A model generated the notes under the pieces. That model made no database searches, was not told the origin of the DNA, and saw only the letters and a list, made by a program, of their open reading frames with translations. DNA of 64,000 nt, from positions 3,040,001 to 3,104,000 of the forward strand of contig NC_058369.1 in the NCBI RefSeq assembly GCF_018350175.1, read 5' to 3'. How positions within the stretch are numbered: position 1 is the stretch's first letter; every line of letters starts with the position of its first letter. Origin of the DNA: Felis catus (Eukaryota). Made by a program: the position numbers and the translations under genes. Below, piece after piece: positions 1 through 10,627 of this stretch.

Positions 1-117
1 CGTGCCTGGCTGCCCGGGTGGGGCTCAGCCTCTCGCGCCCCGCTCCCCGCAGACGTGGGCACGGTTGGCTCCCTCATCGGGGACCGGACGTCCCCCTGAC
101 CCTCCGTTTGTTTTCAG

Positions 118-202
118 TCCCACAGAATAATGAGAAGCTTCAGGAGAGCCCGTGCGTCTTTGCGCTGACGCCAAGGCAAGTGGAGCTGATCCGGAACTCC
201 AG
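118..202 (+). CDS. PIAS4: PIAS4 internal exon (exon 3), PINIT region: (V)[27 protein letters not shown](R)
   Basis: ttttcag acceptor, AG|GTGTG donor, 85 nt; translation matches PIASy; phase joins next exon. Confidence 0.95.
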
Positions 203-404
203 GTGTGCTGCGCCCCGCGCCCCTGCTGACCTCCTCGGCGGGCGGTGGGCTGGCGTGGTCTGGGGCGAGCCGGCCTTGGCAGGGGAGGGGGGGGGGCCTT
301 CGGCAGACCCCACGGAGGCCCAACGCCCCATCCCACCCCCACCGTGTGCGCGGTGGCCCCCGCCCCCCGTCCTGGACACGGGGCCAGTGTCCCCTCCAGC
401 ACGG

Positions 405-575
405 CCCCCCTCAGCGCCGCTGGCTCGGGAGAGGGGTGCCCTGTGCCCCGGGTGGGGGGCGGGGGGGCCTCAGCAGCATCCCCGGCTCCCGTCCCACTTG
501 ATGGCGGGAGCCTCCCTAGTTGTGATGAACACACACGTCCCCCCCAGACACTGCCCGGGGTCCTGCAGGGGCCCC
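405..575 (-). mobile_element. MER20-like hAT DNA transposon relic (GC-shifted)
   Basis: agcagcatcccggctcc..cccacttgatg..agttgtgatgaac..cgtcccc.cagacactgcc resembles MER20 as recalled. Confidence 0.5.
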
Positions 576-924
576 TGAGCGAGGACAGATGAGGGACGAA
601 GGCTGTCCCCGGTCTCTGCTATCTGAGGCCTTTCCGTCTGCAGCTGAGACAGAAGTCACCGCTGGAGCAGCCACTTGTTGGCCACGTGGCCCGTGCCGGG
701 CCCATACCCACCAACCCATTTAATATCCGCGTGGACACCCCCCGAACTGTCCAGAGAGGGGGGTCCTTTGTCCCAGGCAGCAGTGAGTAGTCAGGAGAGG
801 AGGCTTCAGTCAGCACCCACGGACTTCGTCACCAGGGGAGGTGGCAGGTTAGCCCGTGTGGCGTGCTCAGTGCCCTCCTGACTCGCTGACCCCTCTCCTC
901 CCCTCTGACCCCCTCGGCGCACAG

Positions 925-966
925 AGAGCTGCAGCCCGGGATCAAGGCCGTGCAGGTGGTCCTCAG
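925..966 (+). CDS. PIAS4: PIAS4 exon 4: ELQPGIKAVQVVL(R)
   Basis: cacag acceptor, AG|GTAAG donor, 42 nt. Confidence 0.95.
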
Positions 967-1335
967 GTAAGCTGGGCGGGCCGCGGCCCCCGCCACGCCC
1001 ACCGCAGGTGCATCCCACCGGGCCCCTCTCCCTCCCGACGGTGTCTCTCGGGCTCCCCGCTCATGGGGGGGCCCTGCTCCTCCTCTCTTCCTGCTGTGTG
1101 TCCTTGCCTCTGCCTATGGACATGTCCCCAGCTAGCCTCTCTCAGACCAGCTCTTGGGCCCCGAGACCCCCCCCCCCCCGCCCCCGTACCGTGCAGAACG
1201 GCGATCCACCTGCCGGGCAGACGTGGCCCCTGTGGCCTCCGCCCTGGCCCCACGTCCACCCTCCCACCCCTCTCAGGGCCACCCCTCCATCCAGAGCCCC
1301 CTTTCACGGCCTGATGGGCTCCGCTGCCATTGCAG

Positions 1336-1426
1336 AATTTGCTACTCGGACACCAGCGGCCCCCAGGAGGACCAGTACCCACCCAACATCGCCGTGAAGG
1401 TCAACCACAGCTACTGCTCCGTCCCG
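1336..1426 (+). CDS. PIAS4: PIAS4 exon 5: [30 protein letters not shown]
   Basis: tgcag acceptor, G|GTGAG donor, 91 nt. Confidence 0.96.
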
Positions 1427-1528
1427 GTGAGCGGGGCGCCCCGGCAGCCCTGGGCCTGCTCTCGGGGGCGGGGCTGAGGGTGCGGAAGGAGCATCTTCCG
1501 CGGTGTGAGCCCCCATGGCTGCTTCCAG

Positions 1529-1657
1529 GGCTACTACCCCTCGAATAAGCCTGGAGTGGAGCCCAAGAGGCCGTGTCGCCCCATCAACCTCACCCACCTC
1601 ATGTACCTTTCCTCGGCCACCAACCGCATCACCGTCACCTGGGGGAACTATGGCAAG
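1529..1657 (+). CDS. PIAS4: PIAS4 exon 6, contains PINLT motif: [43 protein letters not shown]
   Basis: ttccag acceptor, AG|GTGAGT donor, 129 nt; PINIT-like motif. Confidence 0.97.
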
Positions 1658-1768
1658 GTGAGTAGGGTTCGGGCGCTGCCCGCCTGCCCGCCACCACCAC
1701 CACCCCCCCGCTCCCCCCAGGGGGGCCCTGGCCGGCCCTGACAGCCCCTCCCCCACCTGTATCCCCAG

Positions 1769-1874
1769 AGCTACTCCGTGGCCTTGTACTTGGTGCGACA
1801 GCTGACCTCTTCGGAGCTGCTGCAGAGGTTGAAAACCATCGGGGTGAAGCATCCGGAGCTGTGCAAGGCGCTGG
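1769..1874 (+). CDS. PIAS4: PIAS4 exon 7: [35 protein letters not shown](V)
   Basis: ccccag acceptor, G|GTGAG donor, 106 nt. Confidence 0.96.
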
Positions 1875-3886
1875 GTGAGCTCGTAGGAGGGGTGCGCCCC
1901 AGCATCCATGCATCACCCCGGGGAGCGTGGGAGGAGGAGCGGAGCCAGTCACGGATGAGGCAGGGGTGAGGGAGGTGTGCTCTCTAGCCCGGCGAGCCCG
2001 GGGCGGCGAGAGCTCGGGGTGAAGCCCGCCGGCATCCTGGCAGGGTGAGCACCTGGGGGCCGTTCCCACAGCCCCGAGCCGGGCACGTCCCTGGAGACGG
2101 GGGTTCCAGGCAGATGCCTCTGACTGCTGGGTGGGGGCCAGGGACACGGAGGGCAGGAGCAGACCCAGTTTGCAGTTGTGGGCCCCGGGCAGTGACGCAG
2201 TCTGACCTCAGACGGCAAGACTGGTCGTGTTCAGGGAGGGGGGACGGGACACAGGGAGCACTGAAGGTGAACCACTCCCCAGACGGACAGACAGCAGGTC
2301 CTGTCTCTCCTCCTGTGTCCCTGCGCCCAGGGGCTGCCCAGCCCACAGCAGGAACTTCATCTGCAGGCGGCTGTGTAGCCTCAGGCAAGTCAGTGGCCCT
2401 CTCTGGTTGCCACAGCTTCCGACCAGATGCCCACGATGGCCCTGGGCCGGGGGGCTTGGCGACGTCCCCGTTTGACCGTTGGGGACACTGAGGTGCCGAG
2501 CGGCAGGGCCTTGGCCCGTGCGCCCCACCCCGCCGCCTCCCACTTCCCTGAAAGAGCCCTTTCTTCGAAACCGCCCCCCTACCTGCCTGTCTCCCTGTGG
2601 GGACAATGGCCAGCTTGAGCACAGGAGGCAGGCCCCCAGCAGCATTCTGGCCACGCAGGCCGGGGGCAGGCATCGGCAAGGGACTGGGCGGCATTCATGT
2701 AGGCGGCAGCCCACGGGGCGGGGGCGGGGGCCTGGACGTCTGGCTGACCTCGGTGGGCGACGGGTGGGGGGGGAACCCTGCTGTTCCCGGGTGCGCAGGG
2801 GCCGGTGTGGGTGGGGCTGCCTCGGCCGGCTCGGAGCCCATGGTCAGGCTTCCTCTCTGAAGCCAGCGCCAGGCTGGGCCTCTGGGCCGCTGGCTGGTTG
2901 CGCTGGAAGTCCTGTACCTGGTCTCACCTGTGGCCTCCTTGCTGCGCCCAGTTTTGTCTCTGTTGGGTCGGGCGGGGGGAGGCGGCCTTGCTCCAAACCC
3001 GATGCACCTCTGAGGCGAAGTTCACGGCGAGGTGTGAGGGACCCACGTGGCCTTCGGGACAGTTGGGGAGAGTGGAGTGGGATGAGCACCCTCCACCCAG
3101 TGTGGAGGAGGGCCGGGCGGCTCTGGGCCGTCCGTCCGGAGCCTTCAAGGGCTGGGGTCTGGCAGCCGGTCTGGCCAGTCTCCCGGTTCTGCCCAAAAAG
3201 CTCCGGAGGGAGGGAGCCTGTGGGTCGCCCCAGGGTTTGCGGCGCCTGAGTGTCCTTCCAGTGCCTCCAGTGCCGCGTTCACCGTCGAGAAGGAGGCCTT
3301 GCACGTTGCCGGGGAGTCTTTCCAGGAGGGGGTTGGCTTTGTGGTGGGCACTGGCCCCTTTTCCTTTGCCTTTTCCTTTTTTGAGACGTAGACTTCTCGC
3401 CCCGCCCCTGCGGGGTTTGCTGGGGGGTGGGGTGGGGGGTGTAGGGGGGAATCGGTGCTAGCCCCGCCCCCCCAGCGCGTCCGCCGGCCGCCTTGACCAT
3501 CCTCGTCCCCTCCCCCCCCCCCAGTCCTCGCCGAGTCCTCCGGGGATGGCTTCGTGGGGACTCCCCCGTTGGCAGCTGTCGGTTGCCGCCACGTTTCTTC
3601 CCGAAGAAGCCTGTGGGCCGTAAAAACCCGCCGCGGGGTCGGGGCGCCGGCTTATCCAGCATGGCCGGCCGCTGCCCGGGGTGCTTTCCGGGTGACCTCC
3701 GCGGCCCTGGGCGCTACGGCCACAACGCACCTCTTCGTCCTGGGAGGGTGGAAGTGGGGGTGCCTGACGCGGGGGTGGGGTGTGGAGCCGGCAGCACTGG
3801 CGGGTGCGGGAGGGCCCCGCCCCTCGGCTCCAGCCCCGCAGACGCCTGTGTCCCCTCTGCTGACAACGGCCACCCCTCCCCCGCAG

Positions 3887-3960
3887 TCAAAGAGAAGCTC
3901 CGCCTGGACCCTGACAGCGAGATCGCCACCACGGGCGTGCGGGTCTCCCTCATCTGCCCG
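3887..3960 (+). CDS. PIAS4: PIAS4 exon 8: [24 protein letters not shown]
   Basis: ccgcag acceptor, G|GTGAGT donor, 74 nt; start of SP-RING. Confidence 0.96.
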
Positions 3961-4057
3961 GTGAGTCGGGGTGAGCGCGTCCTGTCCCCTGCCCGCCGCG
4001 GGGCGGGGCAGTGCCGGGCCGCGCGGCCTGCTCACCCCGCCGGCCCCCTCCCCGCAG

Positions 4058-4218
4058 CTGGTGAAGATGCGGCTGTCCGTGCCCTGCCGGGCGGAGACCT
4101 GCGCCCACCTACAGTGCTTCGACGCCGTCTTCTACCTCCAGATGAACGAGAAGAAGCCCACCTGGATGTGCCCCGTGTGCGACAAGCCGGCCCCCTACGA
4201 CCAGCTCATCATCGACGG
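4058..4218 (+). CDS. PIAS4: PIAS4 exon 9, SP-RING (MIZ) zinc finger: [53 protein letters not shown](G)
   Basis: ccgcag acceptor, GG|GTGAGT donor, 161 nt; CxHxQCFD...W.CPVC signature. Confidence 0.98.
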
Positions 4219-5107
4219 GTGAGTCGCCGTGGGGGGGGGCGGGGCGCGGTGGGGGGGGGGCCCTCTCCCCCCGGCCCCCCCGCGATGAGCCGCAGAGCCG
4301 CAGGACGAGGGGGCCTCTCTGGTCGGCTCCACGGAGCCCTTTGGCAGCCTCGGAAGGCCTGGCCACGAGCGAGGTGGGTGCCCCGGCGGGACCTGTTGGG
4401 GCCCGTGCCGCGCACCCGGTGGCGACGCGGCTGAGGCTGTCTGGGCCCAGGAGGTCTGCTCGTGACCTCCGGATCTGGAGTGCATCTGCCCCACACCAAG
4501 CAGGGACCCCAGGAAGCCCCCGCCTCACATCCACCACACGAGCCAGAGAGCTGTTCCCAGAACGGGCTTTGGCACAGCCTCTGCCGGGAAGGTGGGAAGG
4601 ACGCGTCCGCCCTGAGCTCTGCTCCTGGCTCTCCTGTGCCCTTCTTCCCAGGTGGCGCCAGCATGCAGCCAGGCTGTCCCCACCTCCTGAGCGGCAGGCC
4701 CTCCCCAAGCCACAGGGGGACAAGGGGAAAAAGGCCATTCTCCCCAAAGGGGAAACTTTGCTCAGGTCTTAGGTTTCCAGAAACCGAGCCCAGCACCTGA
4801 CTGACCAGCTCCTGCCAGGCGCCAGCCACACCCATCTGTCCCCAGGGCTTGGGGGGGGGGGGGCAGGGAGAGAGAGAGAGGCCGGGGTCAGGCAGGAGTG
4901 GGTCTGTGGCCGCGCTGCTGCACCGGGAGGTCTGTGAGGGCCGATGAACCTCGCGGGGCAAGTGTGGGCCCCGTGGGCCCGGGAGTGGCTTCCTGCCCAT
5001 AGGGGCGTGGCTTGAGCGTGTCCCCAGTTCGAGTGCTTCTCTCCATCTGGTCACCGCACTCAGGCTCTCGTCAGGCCGTCTCTCCCGACCGAGCCAGGAG
5101 GTGAGCC

Positions 5108-5232
5108 TCATCGTCCGCGCCTTGCAGATGAGGAAACTGAGGCTCAGAGGGGACAGTCACCTACTCTGGGCGCCCCCAGCTCACAGGTGGCCAGGCCGGG
5201 ACTCAGACCCAGGTCCGGTCAGCTCTGAGCCC
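5108..5232 (-). mobile_element. MIR
   Basis: cagatgaggaaactgaggctcagagggg MIR core. Confidence 0.75.
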
Positions 5233-6619
5233 GGGCCCCCTCTGGAGGGCTGAGCTGGCGCGCCCCAGTGCCCCCACGCTGTCTAGCCTCAGGGTGGAGA
5301 GAGGAGGCCCCTGGGGCCGGGCACAAGGGCCGGGGCTGAATGGCTGCTCTGTTCCGGGCCTGGCAGCTGTGCGGCCCCGTGCCTGCCTCTCCCCCCACCC
5401 CCACAGGCCTAGAGCGGGTCACCCAGGCTCGAGTGGCGGCAGCTCCGACCGCTCCAGGGGCAGATGGGTCTGGGGCTCGGGTGCGGCTGTGCCTCACACA
5501 GACCGCAGTCCCAGCATCCCGCGGGGCCTGGGCACAGCCAGGGAGGCTTCCTGGAGGCAGGGTCCTTGATTCATGCTTTTCCTCGAGGACTTGTCATTTT
5601 GTCCCATCCCTGGCCGTGCGCTGGGTGATTCCGGGGTCCCCGCGAGAACTTTGTCACAGATCCTGCCTTCAGAGAACTCCCAGCTGGGCGTGGGGAGCGT
5701 GGAGAACCCAGCCGGACAGAGATGACCCCTGTGGCTTGCGCTCTGCCTGGAGGAGGAAGGGGCTCTGTGGAGGGGGCTCTCCAGTTGGAGACGGAGACCC
5801 ACACGGCAGGCAGAGCTGTGTGGACGCAGGGCGACCCCGGCATGGTGGGTCTGTGGGCGTGACGACCGGAGTGTCTGGAGCAGGGAAGGGCCTTCCTCCT
5901 GTGTGACAGCGGCTGCGGTGGTTGGGTCCCCTGAGGCGGGTGCAGCTGTGACACTGAGCTCACGCTGGGGGCCGTGACGGCCTGTTGCCACTGCACCAAG
6001 TATATCCCTGTCCCAGACCTGGCCTGGCGCGGGCCCTCGGTGGCTGGAGACGGTGGGTGCTGCGCAGGCCTCATCCTGTCGGTGGGGAGACTGAGGCCCT
6101 GTGGTCAGGAATTGGAACCCAGGCTTGCTGCTTTGTGGCCACGTTGGCTTCGGGGAGCTCCCCGCCCCTCCCCGGGCCTGGCTCGCCGTAGGTGCCGCGT
6201 CGGTGTTGTTGCCCGTGCGGGGGTGCCGTGGCCCTGCTTCCGCCCCCTGCTCCGCCCCAGAGCCTCTCAGGGGGGTTGTGAGCAGCACAAACCTTCCGTC
6301 CGAGCCCGTCTCCTTCTCTGGAAAGGTGGGGCGGGGGGCGGCGGCTCGGGTTGGGGGCCAGACCCCCAGGCTCACGCCGTCCAGCCGCGGCAGGGTGGGC
6401 AGCCACCGTGTGCTGCCGAGACTGGGTGGGTGACCGCAGCCCCTCGCTCGGGGAGACTGGGCCGCTGACCCGAGGACAACGGGCCCTGGCAGCCGCTCTC
6501 CCGAAGCCACTTCTGCAGAGAAGTGGGTTCCTTAGCACGCGTCCCCCCACCCCGAGTCCAGGCCTGGGGGCGGCGGGGAGACTCTCGCCGGCCCAGGAGT
6601 CAGCCCCCGGCCCCTCCAG

Positions 6620-6750
6620 GCTCCTGTCCAAGATCCTGAGCGAGTGTGAGGATGCCGACGAGATCGAGTACCTGGAGGACGGCTCGTGGTGCCCGATCCG
6701 CGCCGAGAAGGAGCGCAGCTGCAGCCCTCAGTGCCCCATCCTGGTGCTCG
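6620..6750 (+). CDS. PIAS4: PIAS4 exon 10: [43 protein letters not shown](G)
   Basis: ctccag acceptor, G|GTGAGT donor, 131 nt. Confidence 0.96.
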
Positions 6751-6875
6751 GTGAGTCCCAGCCCTGAGAGCGGGGCTCGCGGCTCGGGCTGCCCGCCGGG
6801 CCCAGCGATCGGCGCTGCTGCGCCCCGGGGCCCCCCGCCCCTCACCGCCTCCGTCTCCCACCCTGTCGCCCTCAG

Positions 6876-7054
6876 GCACCTCGGACGCCAACGGGCTCCT
6901 GTCCACCCCTAACCTCAACGGTGGCGGTGCAGGAGGCGCCGCGGGCGGGGGCGCCGCGGGCGGGGGCGGCGCGGCGGGCGGCGTGGAGAATGGGAAGCCG
7001 GGAGCCGACGTGGTGGACCTCACTCTGGACAGCTCGTCCTCGTCGGAGGAGGAG

Positions 7055-7090
<36 letters not shown>

Positions 7091-7147
7091 GGTCCCCGGC
7101 CCAAGCGCCGCTGTCCCTTCCAGAAGGGCCTGGTGTCGGCCTGCTGA
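6876..7147 (+). CDS. PIAS4: PIAS4 last coding exon: Gly/Ala linker, SIM VVDLT, Ser/acidic tract, PRPKRR, ends GLVSAC*
   Basis: ctcag acceptor; in-frame to TGA at 7145-7147. Confidence 0.96.
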
Positions 7148-8730
7148 CTGCTCACCGCCACCGCTGGCCGGACACTCGACTTTCCTGGTGCTCACCCACG
7201 CGGATGGGGCGCAGGCGGGCCTCGGGGTGCAGAGGGAGGAGTGATTTTTTTTTTTCTTTTTACTGTTCATTTTGTTTTTCCACCCCTTTCCCTGGCTCCT
7301 GGCACCTGTACCTCTGGACTCTCCTATCGGAGGATTAAAAAAAAGTAAAATGACAAAAAAAGTACAAAAAAAAAAAAAAGGAAAAAGGAAACAAACAAAA
7401 AAAAATCAAACTTTTAAAAACGAGGCAAGCCACCCACACAGCTGCTTCCCCGGCCGGAGCCCGAGCCCCGGAGCCCAAGCCACCCCGGGCCGCCCCGCCT
7501 CGCCTCCTCCAGTGACCATTCCAGCTGGTGCAGGGGGACGGGGCGCGTGGGGTGGGGGGGGGGGCGGCAGCGGGGGACACTGACGGGCACGTGCCCCTCC
7601 CCCTGGCAGCAGCCGCAACTTTGACATTCGTCTGTTCCTTTGCTTTTTTTTCTCTGCAAACACGTTCTCTCGCCCAGAGACCCTGGAGCGCACCGCCGAG
7701 CAGGGAGCATTTTAGCCAAGAAGCCATGGAGTGGGTTGGGGCAGGGAGGGGGGCGGGGGGAGCAGGGGCCGGGGTGGGGGGGGTGTGGGGGGGGCCGGGG
7801 AGGGTTTAGCCACAGAGGTGTTGTATTTTTTGAAAGTGCAATAACTTGGTATTTTGAAGACCCAGCATGTGGCCAGGACCCCCTGTGGAAGGCGGGGGCC
7901 CCAGGGCGCGGCGGCGCGTGGCGTGGGGGGGTCCCCTTTTTCTAGCCAGCTACCTCGGTAACTCCAATTCAGGTTAACTTCCCTACGGAACAGCGCAGAC
8001 GTCCGCAGATGCCGCCACCAGGCCCCTCCTCGGCGGGGCGGGGCGGGGCGGGGCGGGGCGGGGAGGGCGGCCACTCCCCCAGGGGCAGCAGGGACCCCCC
8101 CCCTCCCCCGCCCCACCTTCTCCACTTGGGGTGGCTCCTCCCCCCTTTTCTTGCTCTTGGGTTTTCCGACGGGTAGAGGCCCGCCCGGCACCCCCTCCCC
8201 TGGGAGCCTCACTCTCGTCTTCCAACAGGGCCGGGCCGAGGGCCTCCCTTCAGCTGCTCACCCAGCACCCACCCCCCCCACCCCCCCACCCCCCCACCCC
8301 CCCACCCCCCCGCCCCGGGGACGCCCGGCCTCGGGGTGGGGGTGGGGTCCGGCCATCGCGGGGAGCCGGCAGCTGGGCGCCCGGCCCCGCCACCCGGCGT
8401 CCTCGTCCCCTGGAGGCCACGCTTGGTTCTCCCACCGCCTCTGCCCCGTTCGGTCTCGCTTCTTTTCTTCCTTGCTGCCCACCCCCTGCCCCAGAATAAT
8501 TTCCTTTGTATAAACAGAACTCTTGTAGTCAGGAAGCAATATCATTTCAGGTCTAAAGAAGAAAGGGACATCAATCTGGCCGAGGGCAAATTCAGTTTTA
8601 CTGTATAAACTCGGCTGTGCAGTGCGGCCCCTCCGTCTGCACGGGCCGCTGAGGGCCACCGTTTTCTAATATTTGTATTCTAATTTAATTGTTTTTAAAA
8701 AACACAAATAAAAAAGGTCAAGGTGAAGCC
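7148..8730 (+). other. PIAS4: PIAS4 3' UTR (~1.6 kb, end approximate)
   Basis: Follows stop; AU-rich blocks at 7240-7420, 7820-7860 and 8495-8716; AATAAA at 8707. Confidence 0.75.
8707..8712 (+). terminator. PIAS4: PIAS4 polyadenylation signal AATAAA
   Basis: AATAAA preceded by TGTA and U-rich sequence; GT-rich cttctctgtgtg ~30 nt downstream. Confidence 0.75.
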
Positions 8731-9319
8731 ACCGGGGCGTCTTCTCTGTGTGCTGGGGCGTTGGCTGGGGGCGAGGGCATCAAAGGACAAAGACAACCCC
8801 CCCCCCCCACTTCTGCCCCGCGGTGTTCAAGATCCAAGAAACGCGGCCTTCGGTCCAGTGAGGAAGGTTTCGCTTTGGCCGCTGGGCCCGGCGTCTCCCC
8901 GCCAGGTCGCCAGGTCGAGTGAGGAGCTGAACCAGAGCCACCAAACCCCAGGACTGTGCCTGCTCCCCTGCGTGGCCAAGAAAGTACACAAATGGCCAGT
9001 AGGCGCGTGGAAAGATGCGGAGCCTCCTCACCGGCCACCGGGAGACGCAGCCCGGAGCCACCGCCCCTCCGCCGCGGGGAGGGCTGGCGTCCCCGGCCCA
9101 GTAGCAAGTGCTGGCGAGGCTGGGGGGACCGGAGGCTCGTGGGCGTGGTGGAGAGTGGGGCGGCCGCTCCGGAAGACGGGACAGCGGGCCCTCCCCAGGC
9201 GCAACACGGAGCGACCACCAGCCGGCCAGCCCCGTCCTCGCGACCCACCCGCAGGTAGAGGGAGCCGGCTCGCGTGGGAACTCCCGACACGCACCTGCAG
9301 GGCAGCGTGACTGACGGGC

Positions 9320-9680
9320 GCCCCAAGGTGGGGACCACCCAGCGTCCGCCGACGGGCCAGCCGATGGAGACGCGTCCTCGGGCGGGAACGTGATCGGACC
9401 TTGAACAGGAGCGAGGCGCCCGCCCCCGCCGCCCCGCAGACGGACCCCGGACACACGACGCTCAGGGAGGGACCTGGACGCCAGAGGCCACGCGGGGTGT
9501 GGGCCCGCGTGTGTGAAACGTCCAGAACAGGCCCGTCCGGGGACAGGAAGTGGAACACAGGGGGAAGGTGTGACCGTGACTGCTAATGGGGAATGGCACT
9601 TCTGGGGGTCATGGAATGTTCTGGAGCTTAGAGGTGACGATTCCATAGTTGTTGGGATGTGCTAAAGCCTCTGGCTTTAC
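9320..9680 (+). mobile_element. L1MB-like 3' UTR relic, copy A1 (GC-homogenised core 9406-9538)
   Basis: Colinear with recalled L1MB 3' UTR (..gaaatgtccagaataggc..atggaatgttctggag..). Confidence 0.7.
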
Positions 9681-10606
9681 AGGCGGAGATGTGTGTGAAT
9701 ACTTCCAATGAAAAACAAGCCTCTCCCAGTGGACTTGGGAGCACGGGTGACCAGGCCCTTGTGGGGCTGGTGGCTGCCCCCAGCCCCCGCCGGCCCCACC
9801 CTCACTCAGCTGAGGTGGAGGCCTGGGTTCGAACGCCACGTCTGCAGCCACGTGACCCCTGGAGCCGGCACCCTGTATCCCCCCACACCCCCAAGGCCCC
9901 TGCCACTGCTCTCCCAGGCTGCGGCCCCTCAGTCCCCTCTGCCACCCCCCCAGTCTGGGTCCTGCTGGCCTGAGCCCAACTGGGCAACAGAAGGGAGGGC
10001 CTCTTCCCGGGCCCGAAAGTGCCCATGTTTGGGAACCCCAACCCAGATGTGGGGGCTGCAGTCCAGGACCCTTCGTCAATGCTTGGGCTTTGGCTCCCCT
10101 TCTTCCCCGGGGGATGTCCGGGGAGCAGCCAGCTCGGATCCTTGGTCATGTCCCGGGGACCAGCGCGGGGCCGCACGGGGTGGGGGGGGCCTCTGACAGA
10201 CTTGGGGTGCCCGAGCCAGCCACCACCACTCCCCCCGCCCCCACCCCGCCGCCCACCGGCCTCCAGAAACCCTGCAGCTGGAAGCGATGGAGAAGCACGT
10301 CCAGCCAGTTCTCCCTGCCCGCCCCCGGGCCCCTTCCCAGTGCCACCTGCCAAGCCCACACTGTGGGTCACCTCCTCTGTAGGGGCCCTGGGCCTGCCGA
10401 TGCTGGGGACACCCGCCCACCCCGGGAGCCCCGAGGCCAGGTCACCGCAGGGGCCCCGACTGGTGTGGGTGCGTGAGCCCAGACCCTCAGGGAAGGGGGC
10501 CCCCAAGCCCCCCACCCACCGTCCCCTGCTCCCCACCTCCCCCAAACAAAACACAAAGAACATCAAAATCAGGCAAATGAGGCAGCAGCGGTCGTAACAG
10601 GCTGCG

Positions 10607-10627
10607 TTTAGTGGTTTTTTATGTACA
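10607..10627 (-). terminator. ZBTB7A: ZBTB7A candidate distal poly(A) site (TGTA + CATAAA + ACTAAA variants)
   Basis: Minus strand TGTACATAAAAAACCACTAAA, then strongly U/GU-rich downstream element at 10541-10575; AATAAA also at 10684-10689. Confidence 0.5.

Noticed and set aside
921..928. Alternative tandem acceptors at PIAS4 exon 4 (CAGAGAG)
   Set aside because: Alternative AGs shift by 2 or 4 nt and would frameshift; no evidence of use.
3595..3608. TTCTTC-CC-GAAGAA palindrome as a STAT site in a PIAS4 intron
   Set aside because: Spacing is N2/N5, not the canonical TTCN3GAA.
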